32,000 bases of DNA, taken from contig NC_000916.1 of NCBI RefSeq assembly GCF_000008645.1, forward strand, positions 780,001 through 812,000, given 5' to 3'. The DNA is from Methanothermobacter thermautotrophicus str. Delta H (GTDB lineage: Archaea; Methanobacteriota; Methanobacteria; Methanobacteriales; Methanothermobacteraceae). The stretch's first letter is position 1; every line of letters starts with the position of its first letter. Shown piece after piece: positions 16,078 through 25,526 of this stretch. The notes under the pieces were generated by a model. That model worked only from the letters and a program-made list of their open reading frames with translations, was not told the DNA's origin and ran no database searches. A program made the position numbers and the translations under genes.

Positions 16078-17030
16078 GACAGATAAATGTGGGTGTAATC
16101 GGCGTTGGAGCCATGGGTTACAACCATGCCAGAGTTTACTACAGACTTAAAAATGCAAATCTTATGGCTGTATCAGACATCATGAAGGGAACACTTCAGA
16201 AGGTCGCCAACAAGTATGACACCGTTGGATACGTGGACTATGAGAACCTCCTGGAGATACCTGAGATAGAGGTTGTCAGTGTCTGCGTGCCAACCACCCA
16301 CCATTACAATGTGGTCATGGATGCCCTTGAACACGACAAACACGTCCTCGTTGAGAAGCCCATCGCATTCACCCTTGAAGAGGCAGAGGATATGGTGAAA
16401 ACGGCACGCAAAAAGGGGCTGAAGCTGGGCACGGGCCATGTTGAAAGGTTCAACCCCGCAGTTCAGAAGGCCAAGGAACTCATTGAGAACGATGTTATAG
16501 GTGACGTGGTATCTGCATCAGCGAAGAGGGTCGGACCATTCCCTCCCCGAATAAAGGACGTTGGAGTCACCATCGACCTCGCCATACACGACCTCGATGT
16601 GATGCATTACCTCTTCAGCGAACCGGTTGCAGAGGTCTACGCGGTTATGGGAAGCATACTCGAGAAGTGTGAGTACGAGGACCATGCCGAGATAATGACC
16701 AAGTTCAAAAGTGGAATCACAGGGATACTCGAGGTTAACTGGCTCACACCCTACAAGAGGAGGAAGCTGGCCATCACAGGTACAGATGGAATAATCAACG
16801 TTGACTACATAGACCAGAGGCTGGATGTCTATGGTAAATTCGCCCAGGACGTGGATATCAAACATGAGGAACCCCTGAAGAATGAGATCAAATCATTCCT
16901 CATGTCTGTTATAAATGATGAGGAGCCTGAAATAACAGGTGAGGATGGTATATACGCCCTCAGGACTGTGCTTGCAGCAATGAAGTCTGCGAGGGAGCAC
17001 AGGCCCGTGAAGGTTAATGGTGATATTTGA
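16074..17030 (+). CDS. Gfo/Idh/MocA-family NAD(P)-dependent oxidoreductase (possibly a sugar-nucleotide dehydrogenase)
   Basis: 318 aa. The N-terminal Rossmann segment INVGVIGVGAMGYNHARVY and EKP motif (LVEKPIA) are present. TTG start in a TTGA overlap with the hemC stop. GGAGG lies 7 nt upstream. Confidence 0.8.
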   Translation: MRQINVGVIGVGAMGYNHARVYYRLKNANLMAVSDIMKGTLQKVANKYDTVGYVDYENLLEIPEIEVVSVCVPTTHHYNVVMDALEHDKHVLVEKPIAFTLEEAEDMVKTARKKGLKLGTGHVERFNPAVQKAKELIENDVIGDVVSASAKRVGPFPPRIKDVGVTIDLAIHDLDVMHYLFSEPVAEVYAVMGSILEKCEYEDHAEIMTKFKSGITGILEVNWLTPYKRRKLAITGTDGIINVDYIDQRLDVYGKFAQDVDIKHEEPLKNEIKSFLMSVINDEEPEITGEDGIYALRTVLAAMKSAREHRPVKVNGDI

Positions 17031-17039
17031 GGTGCTTGT

Positions 17040-17648
17040 ATGGAAAATGAACTTATAAGGAAGGCCCGGGAACTCAGGAGCAGGGGATTTACAACAGGGG
17101 AAATTGCAGATGAACTGAACGTGTCTAAGGACACTGCGAGGTGGCTTACACTTCAGACCACGACCTCTGTTTCCAGGAAGGAGGCCCCTGTGGATTTCGC
17201 GATCAACTGGGAGAGCCTGGGGGGCAGTTCATCCAGGATGAGGTATGTTTCAGCCGCCATGGCAGACATGGCCCTCAAGTATGGTGTTGCGGATGTTGTT
17301 CTTGGCATCGCCATAAGCGGTGTTCCCTTCGCAACGCTGATGGCTGATGTTATGGGCGCTGAAACTGGACTGGAAACATCACTTGCAGTTTTCCACCCCG
17401 TAAAGCACAGGAAGGATGAGGGTGCAGAGGGAGCCATAAGCAGTAACTTTGCAAAGGTGAAGGGCAAGAGGGTTGTTGTTGTTGATGATGTTATAACAAG
17501 CGGCCGGACCATAGCTGAGGTGGTTGAGGTCCTCAAGAACCAGGGAGCAAAGCCCATAGCCGTCACTGTCCTCATAGACAAGAAGGGCATCTCTGAGGTT
17601 GACGGTGTGCCGGTGGAGTCACTCATAAGGGTTAGCAGGCTGGGATGA
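17040..17648 (+). CDS. orotate-phosphoribosyltransferase-like protein with N-terminal HTH (GfcR/PyrE2-like regulator family)
   Basis: 202 aa. An N-terminal HTH ([21 protein letters not shown]) is followed by a type-I PRTase fold with the PRPP loop [13 protein letters not shown]. Confidence 0.75.
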
Positions 17649-17695
17649 TTTACCTTCATCTAGTCTACTAACCCTCTTGTCTCACCGAAAACTCC

Positions 17696-17701
17696 TTTTT
17701 T
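17696..17701 (+). terminator. oligo-T (T6) 48 nt after the PyrE-like stop
   Basis: Read directly. Confidence 0.4.
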
Positions 17702-17784
17702 GTAATTTCCTTTAATAAAACAGAATAAATAAGTCAAAGAACTAATTTTTCCTTATTCTCTGGTTTCAGATGTCCCTGATAGAG

Positions 17785-17810
17785 ATCCATTTATCCATCA
17801 AAACATCCAT
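17785..17810 (+). repeat. three direct ATCCAT hexamers (17785, 17793, 17805), plus an inverted copy ATGGAT at 17844-17849
   Basis: Read directly in the 274-bp spacer upstream of the UbiA-family gene. Confidence 0.5.
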
Positions 17811-17923
17811 TCAGAACTGCAGGGCATTATCTGAAAATTAATCATGGATCTGACCGGTAAGATGAACATTTTTTTCTGAGCTGGGGAGTATTAATAACCT
17901 TTCATTACCCCATAGTTAATACT

Positions 17924-18793
17924 ATGACGGGTCATCTATATGAAACGGGGTTTCTGAAAAAGGCGGTGTTTTTAAGGCAGTTGATTTTTGCCCTGAAAAA
18001 TCTTTTCATCCACGGTGGTTTTCTTCCGGCGCTCTGGGGGCCCTCGCTTCTTCTGGTATCAACGGTTCTCCTTGAAAGTCGCTGCGGCCCCTTAACCTGG
18101 GGGATATGCTTCATGCTGCCCCTTACAGTCTACGCCTACGATTACCTTGCTGACCTTGAGCTGGACTCCCTAACGAATTCTGATAGATCAGAATTCAACC
18201 ATAAATGGGGTGAATGGCTGCTGGCAGCCTATGCAGGAGCTCTTCTGGCGCTGCTGCTTCTCTGCATGGATCCACTGATCACGGTCCTCACAGCTTCAAT
18301 GTTCATTACCGGGATCCTCTACTCAAGATTCTTCAAGGGGCTCACAGCATACCTGACGGGATTCAAAAACATCTATCTGGGCCTTGTATGGAGTTCATGG
18401 ACAACCATACCTGCAATGGGTGGCAGATCCCTCCCTGCACATATCCTGGTGTTCACATTCATATTCCTCAAGGTATACGTAAACACTGCCTTCAGCGACT
18501 ACAAGGACATTGAATCGGACGCCATGAGGGGCCTCAAGACTCTCCCTGCGGTCTTCGGTGAGAATAACAGCTTAATGATACTACAGCTCCTCAATGCGCT
18601 GGGTGCAGCCACCCTCAGCCTTGGAGTGCTCACGGGACTCATCCCAGGCATAGGTGCTGTTGCTGTGATCCTCTCATCATACACGGCCCTTTACCTGCAT
18701 CTGAAGCCGGTCATGGATGTAAAAACAGCTACACTCATAGCGGATCTTGAGGGGCCCCTTCACCTCCTCCTTGGTCTGGGGGTCATGATGTGA
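17924..18793 (+). CDS. UbiA-superfamily prenyltransferase, polytopic membrane protein (substrate unknown)
   Basis: 289 aa with multiple hydrophobic helices. Asp-rich motifs DYLADLELD and DYKDIESD are spaced as in UbiA enzymes. Confidence 0.65.
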   Translation: MTGHLYETGFLKKAVFLRQLIFALKNLFIHGGFLPALWGPSLLLVSTVLLESRCGPLTWGICFMLPLTVYAYDYLADLELDSLTNSDRSEFNHKWGEWLLAAYAGALLALLLLCMDPLITVLTASMFITGILYSRFFKGLTAYLTGFKNIYLGLVWSSWTTIPAMGGRSLPAHILVFTFIFLKVYVNTAFSDYKDIESDAMRGLKTLPAVFGENNSLMILQLLNALGAATLSLGVLTGLIPGIGAVAVILSSYTALYLHLKPVMDVKTATLIADLEGPLHLLLGLGVMM

Positions 18794-18886
18794 AATTTTA
18801 GATCCCATAGAATACAGCGCCTCCACAGCCATGACAAAAAGGGATCTGATCCTTCACCGTACGCTGAATCACAGAATTGTCAGGAA

Positions 18887-20110
18887 TCAGGGGCGGTACC
18901 TCAGTATCGCCCCTATGCCCCCAAAGGCCCTCAGAAGCTGCATTCCCTCCTCGGTCTCAGTTGATATGATTTCAACCTCGGTTCCGACCTCCTCGGCCAT
19001 CTCAACGAGGTCGTCGATCATGTCCCTCCTATCTGAGAGTCTCATCTGATCGTTGCAGCTGGGACAGGTTTCAGTATCCGGAAGGTCCCTGCCCGTCTTC
19101 TCCATCCTGTGTCCGCAGGATGCACACTCGTAGGTCCCCCTCTGGTACTTAAGGTCCTCTGAGAGAAGAAGAACCTCAACCGCACCCATCTGGAGGTGCT
19201 GTCGAACCTCCCTTTCACCGTAGGATGCGAGTCCATCCTCATTTATGAGTTCCCTGAGGAATCTCTGGACAAGTTTCTTCTCCCTCATAACATCTATTTC
19301 ACTTAAAACATCCATTGACTTGTCTATGACCTCCCTTATACCGAACTCCCCTGTGTAGGATGTGTCCACAGTCGTTATGACCTTCTTCTTCAGTTCATGG
19401 TGGAGGTAGTCGCCGTTGAGGAACTCCTCCTTTGTGTGACCCGGGCCCCCGAGGATTATGCCCTTGAGGTCATCTATCTGAAGGAAGGCCTCATTCATGT
19501 GTTCCCCTATCCTCTTGAGGAACTCATGGGCTGCAAGGTCTATGAGCCTGTCGAACCTCCTCTGGGACTGTCCACCGGCCTTGTGTTTACCTGGAACCCC
19601 ACTGGTGAGTGTCTTGAGTATGTCTATCCTCTTACCCTTCAGGGTTGCGATTGTGGCCTCCTTCCTGTCAAGGACTGCGAGGCCATAGGTTTCCTTCTCC
19701 TCAAGCATCTCCCTCAGTGGTTCAAGGTAGAACTCTGAGTTACAGTGGTATATGTATGTCTTGATGGGTTCAGGTGGCTCGAATACGTAGGTCTCCATCT
19801 TCTCTGTACCCGGGCCTCCCCTGGGAACCATGCCGACGAACATGACGAGCCCCTTCTCGGGTGGTTTCGGGAATAGTTTGAGCCTCTGCATTATAACCTC
19901 AATGGCTGACTGGACGTTCTTCTTCGTCTGTTTGCTCTTTATGTTGGCACTCTGGCTCAGTTCCTCCCTCATATGCTTTGCAACGTCACTTATCTGCCGG
20001 TCAGGGGGTATGTATACCGATACGAGTTCCGTCCCCCTGCCCCTCTTGTCTGAGAGTTCCTGGAGGGTCCTCTTGAATTCGAAAAGCTCCTTTGATGATG
20101 GTTCGCTCAC
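18887..20110 (-). CDS. prf1: peptide chain release factor aRF1
   Basis: 407 aa, GTG start with AGGAGTGA upstream. NIKS and GGQ ([10 protein letters not shown]) motifs are present. The C-terminal domain carries a CxxC...CxxC insertion. Confidence 0.95.
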
Positions 20111-20263
20111 TATGAATCACTCCTCATGAAAATGATAAAATAAACTGTAAATGTATATGGGGCGGGGTGATTATAAAGTTTACTGGAGGGTGGGAGAAAA
20201 ATGTATAAATGGATTCCACCATAACTCGAAAGGAAGAGTCAACTGATTTTATGGTGGACCGTT

Positions 20264-20938
20264 ATGAGAATCGTGATTACCATTGGAGGATCAATCATCA
20301 TAAGTGAATTCTCCCATGAGATGTTCAGGGCCTATGCTGACATTCTGAATTCACTGAGAGATGAACATGATCTCTTTGTGGTTGTGGGGGGAGGAAGACC
20401 TGCCCGTGACTACATAGGAGTTGCCAGGGAACTGGGAGCCAGCGAGGCCCGGTGCGATGATATAGGTATTGATGTGACCCGCCTGAATGCCCGGCTCCTT
20501 ATAACCGCCCTGGGTGATAGCGCCTACCCGGGGGTTCCAGAGAACTTCAGGGAGGCCCTCGAGGTTGCTGCGACCGGGAGGATAGTCGTGATGGGTGGTA
20601 CCGAACCAGCCCACAGCACAGATGCTGTCGGGGCAATACTCGCTGAGACCGTTGAGGCGGACCTCATGATAAACCTCACCTCGGTGGATGGATTCTATGA
20701 CAGAGACCCGGCCAAATATCCTGACGCCAGGTTCTACCCGGAGATCACCGCCAGTGAGATGCTCGAACACCTCAGGGGCTCTGATGTGAGGGCGGGTACC
20801 TATGAATTCTTTGACCACACAGCCCTGCATATGATAAGGAGGTCAGGTATAAGGACCATGATAGTGAACGGTAACGACCCTGAAAATCTCCTGAGAGCCC
20901 TTGATGGTGAGATAGGCACCACAGTTATCCCTGAATAA
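20264..20938 (+). CDS. pyrH: UMP kinase (archaeal type)
   Basis: 224 aa. Collinear with archaeal uridylate kinases: [40 protein letters not shown]. Confidence 0.9.
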   Translation: MRIVITIGGSIIISEFSHEMFRAYADILNSLRDEHDLFVVVGGGRPARDYIGVARELGASEARCDDIGIDVTRLNARLLITALGDSAYPGVPENFREALEVAATGRIVVMGGTEPAHSTDAVGAILAETVEADLMINLTSVDGFYDRDPAKYPDARFYPEITASEMLEHLRGSDVRAGTYEFFDHTALHMIRRSGIRTMIVNGNDPENLLRALDGEIGTTVIPE

Positions 20939-20971
20939 ACCGCTAAATTACTGAGATGTAATCAAAATTTA

Positions 20972-21175
20972 ATGGAGGTAATAGTTATGGTTGAACCACA
21001 CAAGCACTGCCCTGTATGCAGTACCCCGATACCCATGGATGAGGTAACCTGTTCAGAGAGGTGTCAGGAGATCCTCTCAAAAAACCAGCAGAGGGTCAGA
21101 AGGACACGTATGATATTCTACCTGGTATTCGCCCTCTTCATTGTGGTGTGGGTTGTACTTTCAATTAGAGGTTGA
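20972..21175 (+). CDS. small zinc-ribbon plus C-terminal TM-helix protein (DUF2116-like)
   Basis: HKHCPVCSTPIP...CSERCQ is followed by a hydrophobic helix. The likely true start is ATG 20987, with GGAGG 8 nt upstream (62 aa). Confidence 0.6.
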   Translation: MEVIVMVEPHKHCPVCSTPIPMDEVTCSERCQEILSKNQQRVRRTRMIFYLVFALFIVVWVVLSIRG

Positions 21176-21180
21176 ACCTT

Positions 21181-21687
21181 TTATGGGGATCTGAGTACAG
21201 CCACCCCGTAAACTATGAGGATTACACCCACAGCCAGACCCACAAACACCGGGTTGAATGAGAGTGCAGCCATGAGAATGTATATGACCCCAAAAATGGC
21301 ACTCATTATACCCGCATTTCTTTTCAGGTAACTCTGGGAGCCTGCTGAAAGGATCAGCATTGCAGCCACCAGAAGAAGGATCCCTGTAACGTAAAGCCAG
21401 GCTCCTGCAAGTTCATTTATAAGGAAGACCCTGAAGGCCAGCATGAGGCCAACTGCAAGGGTTATAACCGCAAAGACCATCCAGAGCACGCCCACCTCCA
21501 TGTACCTCCGCCCTCTGATGGCATTTGCGAGCATCCAGACCCCGAGGGCAGAAAGCACAAGGCCCGTCAGTATGCTTATGGCCGTCACACCGGAAACAGG
21601 TGATACCAGAAACACGATACCCAGAATAACCGAAAGGAGACCCATCCCTTTTTTCAGCATCATCTCACCATTCTGTAATATGTTCAT
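21181..21687 (-). CDS. HdeD/DUF308-like multi-pass membrane protein
   Basis: 168 aa with repeated hydrophobic helices and G-rich spacing. The start is uncertain (ATG 21687 versus Met9/Met10 at 21663/21660). Confidence 0.55.
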   Translation of the reverse strand: MNILQNGEMMLKKGMGLLSVILGIVFLVSPVSGVTAISILTGLVLSALGVWMLANAIRGRRYMEVGVLWMVFAVITLAVGLMLAFRVFLINELAGAWLYVTGILLLVAAMLILSAGSQSYLKRNAGIMSAIFGVIYILMAALSFNPVFVGLAVGVILIVYGVAVLRSP

Positions 21688-21688
21688 C

Positions 21689-21790
21689 TGATTTTATATA
21701 TTTTGTTAATCTCTGCATTCTCTGACCTGAAAACCATCATTGATTATATATCCTGTTAATCCCTGCCTTCTACGGACATGAACCCATCAT
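21689..21790. repeat. imperfect tandem duplication, units 21689-21740 (52 bp) and 21741-21790 (50 bp)
   Basis: Hand alignment: tgatt[tt]atatat..gttaatc.ctgc.ttct...ccatcat is shared by both units. Each unit carries a TATA-like ATATATA on the minus strand. Unit 2 begins at the TauE stop codon. Confidence 0.7.
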
Positions 21791-22572
21791 AGAAGCATCT
21801 TCAAACCTGTAAACAGTAATAGGATTATGAAGATGTACCTTATGTACCTCACATCAACCCTGTGGGCGATTAGAGCCCCCAGCCGTGAGGAAGGGACACT
21901 CATAACAATAACAAGCAGGAACTGAAGGAGGTTAACATAACCGACAGTGAAGGGGCCCCCTGGCCCTGTGAAGATGTAGGAGATGGTCCCCGATGCAGCC
22001 GTAAATGCAATTACAAGGGAGGATGTACCAACGGCCTCGAGGACATCAAAGCCCGCCACCATCACAAGGAGCGGTACCAGGACCACACCCCCACCGATAC
22101 CGAGTAGACCGGATAGAAAACCTGCCAGGAAGCCAAGGGGAAATGCTGCATTCCGCCCAAACCCTGAAGGCGAAATTCTGGATGATAGAAGGAGCTGTGC
22201 TGAAACCAGAATGAGTAAAACACCGAAAAACGCCCTGAGGACATATGCGGGTGATGCTGAAGCTGTGAAAACACCTGCCACGCTACCGCACGCACCAAGA
22301 ACGCCCATGGTGATTCCAATCCTGGAATCGACACACTTCCTCCGGTAATGGGAGTGGGCTCCGCTGAGGGCCGTTGGAAGGATTATGGCAAGGCTCGTCC
22401 CGAAGGCCGTCCTTATGGCAATATCCGGTGGTGTGCCCCCTGCCTCCATGAGAAAGAATAGCACCGGGGCTATTATGAAGCCACCGCCGACTCCGAGAAG
22501 GCCGGTTGCAAGTCCAGCCAGAAGTCCCGTGAATAAAAGTGCCGCCACATAAATTAATGGATCCATATTCAA
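21787..22572 (-). CDS. TauE/SafE (TSUP) family anion-exporter-like membrane protein
   Basis: 261 aa with two homologous halves carrying GxGGG motifs (LLGVGGGFIIAP, LLGIGGGVVLVP). The probable start is ATG 22566. Confidence 0.8.
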   Translation of the reverse strand: MNMDPLIYVAALLFTGLLAGLATGLLGVGGGFIIAPVLFFLMEAGGTPPDIAIRTAFGTSLAIILPTALSGAHSHYRRKCVDSRIGITMGVLGACGSVAGVFTASASPAYVLRAFFGVLLILVSAQLLLSSRISPSGFGRNAAFPLGFLAGFLSGLLGIGGGVVLVPLLVMVAGFDVLEAVGTSSLVIAFTAASGTISYIFTGPGGPFTVGYVNLLQFLLVIVMSVPSSRLGALIAHRVDVRYIRYIFIILLLFTGLKMLL

Positions 22573-22661
22573 CCCCTTTAACTGCTGACCACGATAATTT
22601 ATAAGTGGAGAGTTTCATATCTCATGCTGTTAGTTATTAAATTTCTTCTGGGTGAATAACT

Positions 22662-23648
22662 TTGAGATCAGAGAGGTTCATGGTAGCCGGCATAATCTTC
22701 ACTGGAGTGGCGGTCACACTCCTTGTGACAGACCTTCTGGATCACATCATAACACCCTTCACACACGTGTTCCTCATGGGCTCCTCAGAGGGCAAGGACG
22801 TGATATTCTTCACCGTAATGGGGACCATGTTCATTCTGGCACCCCTCTTCAGGGAGGATGGGCTGGTGGGGAAGTCTTCACGTCTTGATAAAAACAGCTA
22901 CCTCCACATCGCAGCCCTCCTTGCCTTTATCACATACCTCACAGGGACTGCAGTAGAGGTCCTGATACGCCTCAGTATGGGTGTATCACCCCTCACCACC
23001 TTCATATCGATGGATCCCCCGGCATCAACAAGCATAACCCACTCACACGTCTTCAAGGCCAGTCTGAGTCCCCTGACGGGTCTCATTGTCCCTGCATCAT
23101 CAGGAATCCATACCGGTTCTTCGCTGGCAGGTTACATCCCCTTTTTGCTGCCTATGACCCTCACGGTGATTCCTGTAATCTATCTGATGGGCCTCCTTTC
23201 AACAGGGGACCGGAGGGACTTCCATGTTGCAATAGTGATATTCGCAACCGCCACAACCATAATAGGGATAATCGACGGGGGCCTGTTCTCAACCCCCGCC
23301 CTTGTGGGTCTATCCGGAATACTCGGCATGAGCGCCCTGAGGGTCCCCTTCAGTCCGGGCAACCTTAAAGTCCCCACCCTGATAATAGGGGGCCTCATAG
23401 CCGTGCGAATACTCCTGGGGATCCTCGGATCAGTCCCGGAATACTATGAGGTCACTGTACTCGAGCCATCAGGTAACCTCGATCTCGACGGACTTCATGT
23501 ACTCTCAGAGGAGAAGAAGGGTGATAGAATCATCCTAAAGCTCTCATCAGACCAGAACGAGATGGAACTTCTGAATAAACTCACAGCTCGCCTCGATGGA
23601 AGATGCCATGGTTTCTTCATGACATGGAACTTCTTTTCATTCTTCTAG
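22662..23648 (+). CDS. polytopic membrane protein with ~80-aa soluble C-terminal domain, unknown function
   Basis: 328 aa from TTG 22662. ATG 22680 (MVAGIIFTG) is more likely. About 7 hydrophobic segments. No motif recognised. Confidence 0.55.
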   Translation: MRSERFMVAGIIFTGVAVTLLVTDLLDHIITPFTHVFLMGSSEGKDVIFFTVMGTMFILAPLFREDGLVGKSSRLDKNSYLHIAALLAFITYLTGTAVEVLIRLSMGVSPLTTFISMDPPASTSITHSHVFKASLSPLTGLIVPASSGIHTGSSLAGYIPFLLPMTLTVIPVIYLMGLLSTGDRRDFHVAIVIFATATTIIGIIDGGLFSTPALVGLSGILGMSALRVPFSPGNLKVPTLIIGGLIAVRILLGILGSVPEYYEVTVLEPSGNLDLDGLHVLSEEKKGDRIILKLSSDQNEMELLNKLTARLDGRCHGFFMTWNFFSFF

Positions 23649-23660
23649 GGAGGATCAGGA

Positions 23661-25418
23661 ATGAAGCTCAGCATAATCATACCCGCATACAATGAAGAGG
23701 AATATCTTCCAGGACTGCTTGAAAGCATAAGGAATCAGGACTTCGATGATTATGAGGTTATAGTCGCAGATGCAGACTCAGATGATAATACAAGGAAGAT
23801 AGCGAGAGAATACGGTTGCAGGGTTGTTGATGGGGGTATGCCCGCGGTGGGGAGAAACAGGGGAGCTGCCGCTGCCAGGGGCGAACTGCTGCTCTTTCTG
23901 GACGCCGACCTTGTCCTCACTGACGGGTACCTCAGGGATGCTGTTGAGGAGTTTGAATCAGAGGACCTTGGAATTGCAATAACCCAGATGATACCCATCT
24001 CAACGAGGAGGCGCGATAAGATACTGCATGAATTTGCCAACAGATTCATGATACTGGTTGAATCCATAAAACCCCATGGAGCCGGATGCTATGGCATACT
24101 GACACGCAGGGAGCTCCATGAGAAGGTGGGTGGCTTCGATGAATCCCTGGATTTTGGAGAGGATACAGACTACATTGAAAGGATAGGGAAGATAAGCAGG
24201 TTCAAGGTCCTCAGGAAACCCAGGGTCCTGGTATCCATAAGGAGACTGGAAAAGGAGGGTCTCAAGAACCTTGCATTCAAGTACACCAGGAGCACCATCT
24301 ATGATTTCATGGGTAAGAGGGTCAGTGCAGGTGACCTTGGCTATGAATTCGGCCACTCCAGGAGGAAGAGGAGGGTCCTCTACTCTGTCTGCGGTGAGGG
24401 TATGGGTCATGCGATACGCAGTGGCGTAATCCTCGATAAACTCACAGAGGACCATGAAGTCCTCATATTTGCAAGTGACCGTGCCTATAAGTATCTGAGC
24501 AGTAAATTCGATAACGTCCATGAGATATACGGGTTCAACACTGTCTACGAGGATAACAGTGTAAACGACGTTAAAACATTCCTGAGGGCCATGAAAACCT
24601 TCCCAAGGGACCTCAAGGAGAACCTGAGACTCCTCTACAGGATCGCAAGGGACTTCAAGCCGGATGTGGTGGTCTCTGACTTTGAGTTCTATGCCAGTGT
24701 TGTGAGTAACATGCTCAGGATCCCCCTCATAAGCATCGATAACATGCACGTTATAACCCAGTGCCGTATAGAGTACCCTGAGAGGTTCCGCAGGGATAAG
24801 CTGAAGGCCGAGGCCGTTGTGAGGTCCTTCATTGTGAGGCCCAGACGTTATCTGATAACCAGTTACTTCTTCCCGGAGGTTAAAAACCCCGATAAGGTAT
24901 CCATGTATCCCCCTGTACTCAGGGAGAAGATAATGAACCTCAAGCCATACTATGGAGATCACGTGATGGTGTACCAGACGAGTCAGTCAAACAGGAAGCT
25001 CCTTGAGCTCCTCAGGTCCATTGACAGGAAATTCGTTGTCTATGGCTTTGACAGGGAGGGGGTTGATGGGAACCTCACCTTCAGGAGATTCAATGAGGAT
25101 CAGTTCTTCAGGGACTTTGAGTCTGCAGCCGCTGTTATAACAAATGGAGGCTTCACCCTTATAAGTGAGGCCCTGTACCTCAGGAAACCCGTCTACAGTG
25201 TTCCCGTGAGGGGACAGTTCGAGCAGATACTGAATGCAGTTTACCTTGAGAAGCTCGGTTACGGGGAGTTCCATGAGAAAACCGAAAGGGAAAGCCTTGA
25301 GAGATTCCTTGACAGGCTGGATATTTACAGAAGGAACCTTGAGGACTATGATGGTGGTAACAACGAGATCATAGAAGCCCTTAAGAGGACCATAGATGAG
25401 TGCTCTCGAGGATGCTGA
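23661..25418 (+). CDS. two-domain glycosyltransferase: N-terminal GT2 fused to a C-terminal GT-B (MGT/MurG-like, MJ1255-type) domain
   Basis: 585 aa. N-terminal IIIPAYNEEEYL...DADSDD...LDADL is GT-A/GT2. C-terminal VCGEGMGHAIRSGV...ITNGGFTLISEALYLRKPVYSVP is typical of a GT-B nucleotide-sugar binding region. GGGAGGA lies upstream. Confidence 0.8.
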   Translation: MKLSIIIPAYNEEEYLPGLLESIRNQDFDDYEVIVADADSDDNTRKIAREYGCRVVDGGMPAVGRNRGAAAARGELLLFLDADLVLTDGYLRDAVEEFESEDLGIAITQMIPISTRRRDKILHEFANRFMILVESIKPHGAGCYGILTRRELHEKVGGFDESLDFGEDTDYIERIGKISRFKVLRKPRVLVSIRRLEKEGLKNLAFKYTRSTIYDFMGKRVSAGDLGYEFGHSRRKRRVLYSVCGEGMGHAIRSGVILDKLTEDHEVLIFASDRAYKYLSSKFDNVHEIYGFNTVYEDNSVNDVKTFLRAMKTFPRDLKENLRLLYRIARDFKPDVVVSDFEFYASVVSNMLRIPLISIDNMHVITQCRIEYPERFRRDKLKAEAVVRSFIVRPRRYLITSYFFPEVKNPDKVSMYPPVLREKIMNLKPYYGDHVMVYQTSQSNRKLLELLRSIDRKFVVYGFDREGVDGNLTFRRFNEDQFFRDFESAAAVITNGGFTLISEALYLRKPVYSVPVRGQFEQILNAVYLEKLGYGEFHEKTERESLERFLDRLDIYRRNLEDYDGGNNEIIEALKRTIDECSRGC

Positions 25419-25426
25419 AAATGCAA

Positions 25427-25432
25427 TTTTTT
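25427..25432 (+). terminator. oligo-T (T6) 9 nt after the glycosyltransferase stop
   Basis: Read directly. Confidence 0.45.
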
Positions 25433-25526
25433 AAGGAAAATCCTGTGAAAGACAGTAGAAAATTAATAGATACAATTTGAATAGAGTAAGAAATCAAAAC
25501 TTTGTAGAATTAATAGAATAATTATG

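Noticed and set aside
17153-17659. 168-aa minus-strand ORF
   Set aside because: It is antisense to the PyrE-like gene, which has clear PRTase motifs. The product is low-complexity and S/T/A/M-rich, so it is a shadow ORF.
18958-19110. CxxC...CxxC insertion in the aRF1 C-terminal domain as a novelty
   Set aside because: To my recollection, many archaeal aRF1 proteins carry a zinc-binding mini-domain at this position. It is treated as a normal family feature.
20157-20195. G-runs (ggggcgggg ... ggagggtggga) as a G-quadruplex in the aRF1/pyrH divergent spacer
   Set aside because: The G-tracts are separated by an ~18-nt AT-rich loop that contains a TATA-like box. A promoter with flanking GC clamps is a simpler explanation.
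24000-24962. 320-aa ORF on the minus strand
   Set aside because: It lies entirely antisense to the well-supported glycosyltransferase gene (23661-25418). It has no motif, no SD and a shadow-ORF-like composition. Long antisense frames are expected opposite genes with strong codon bias.
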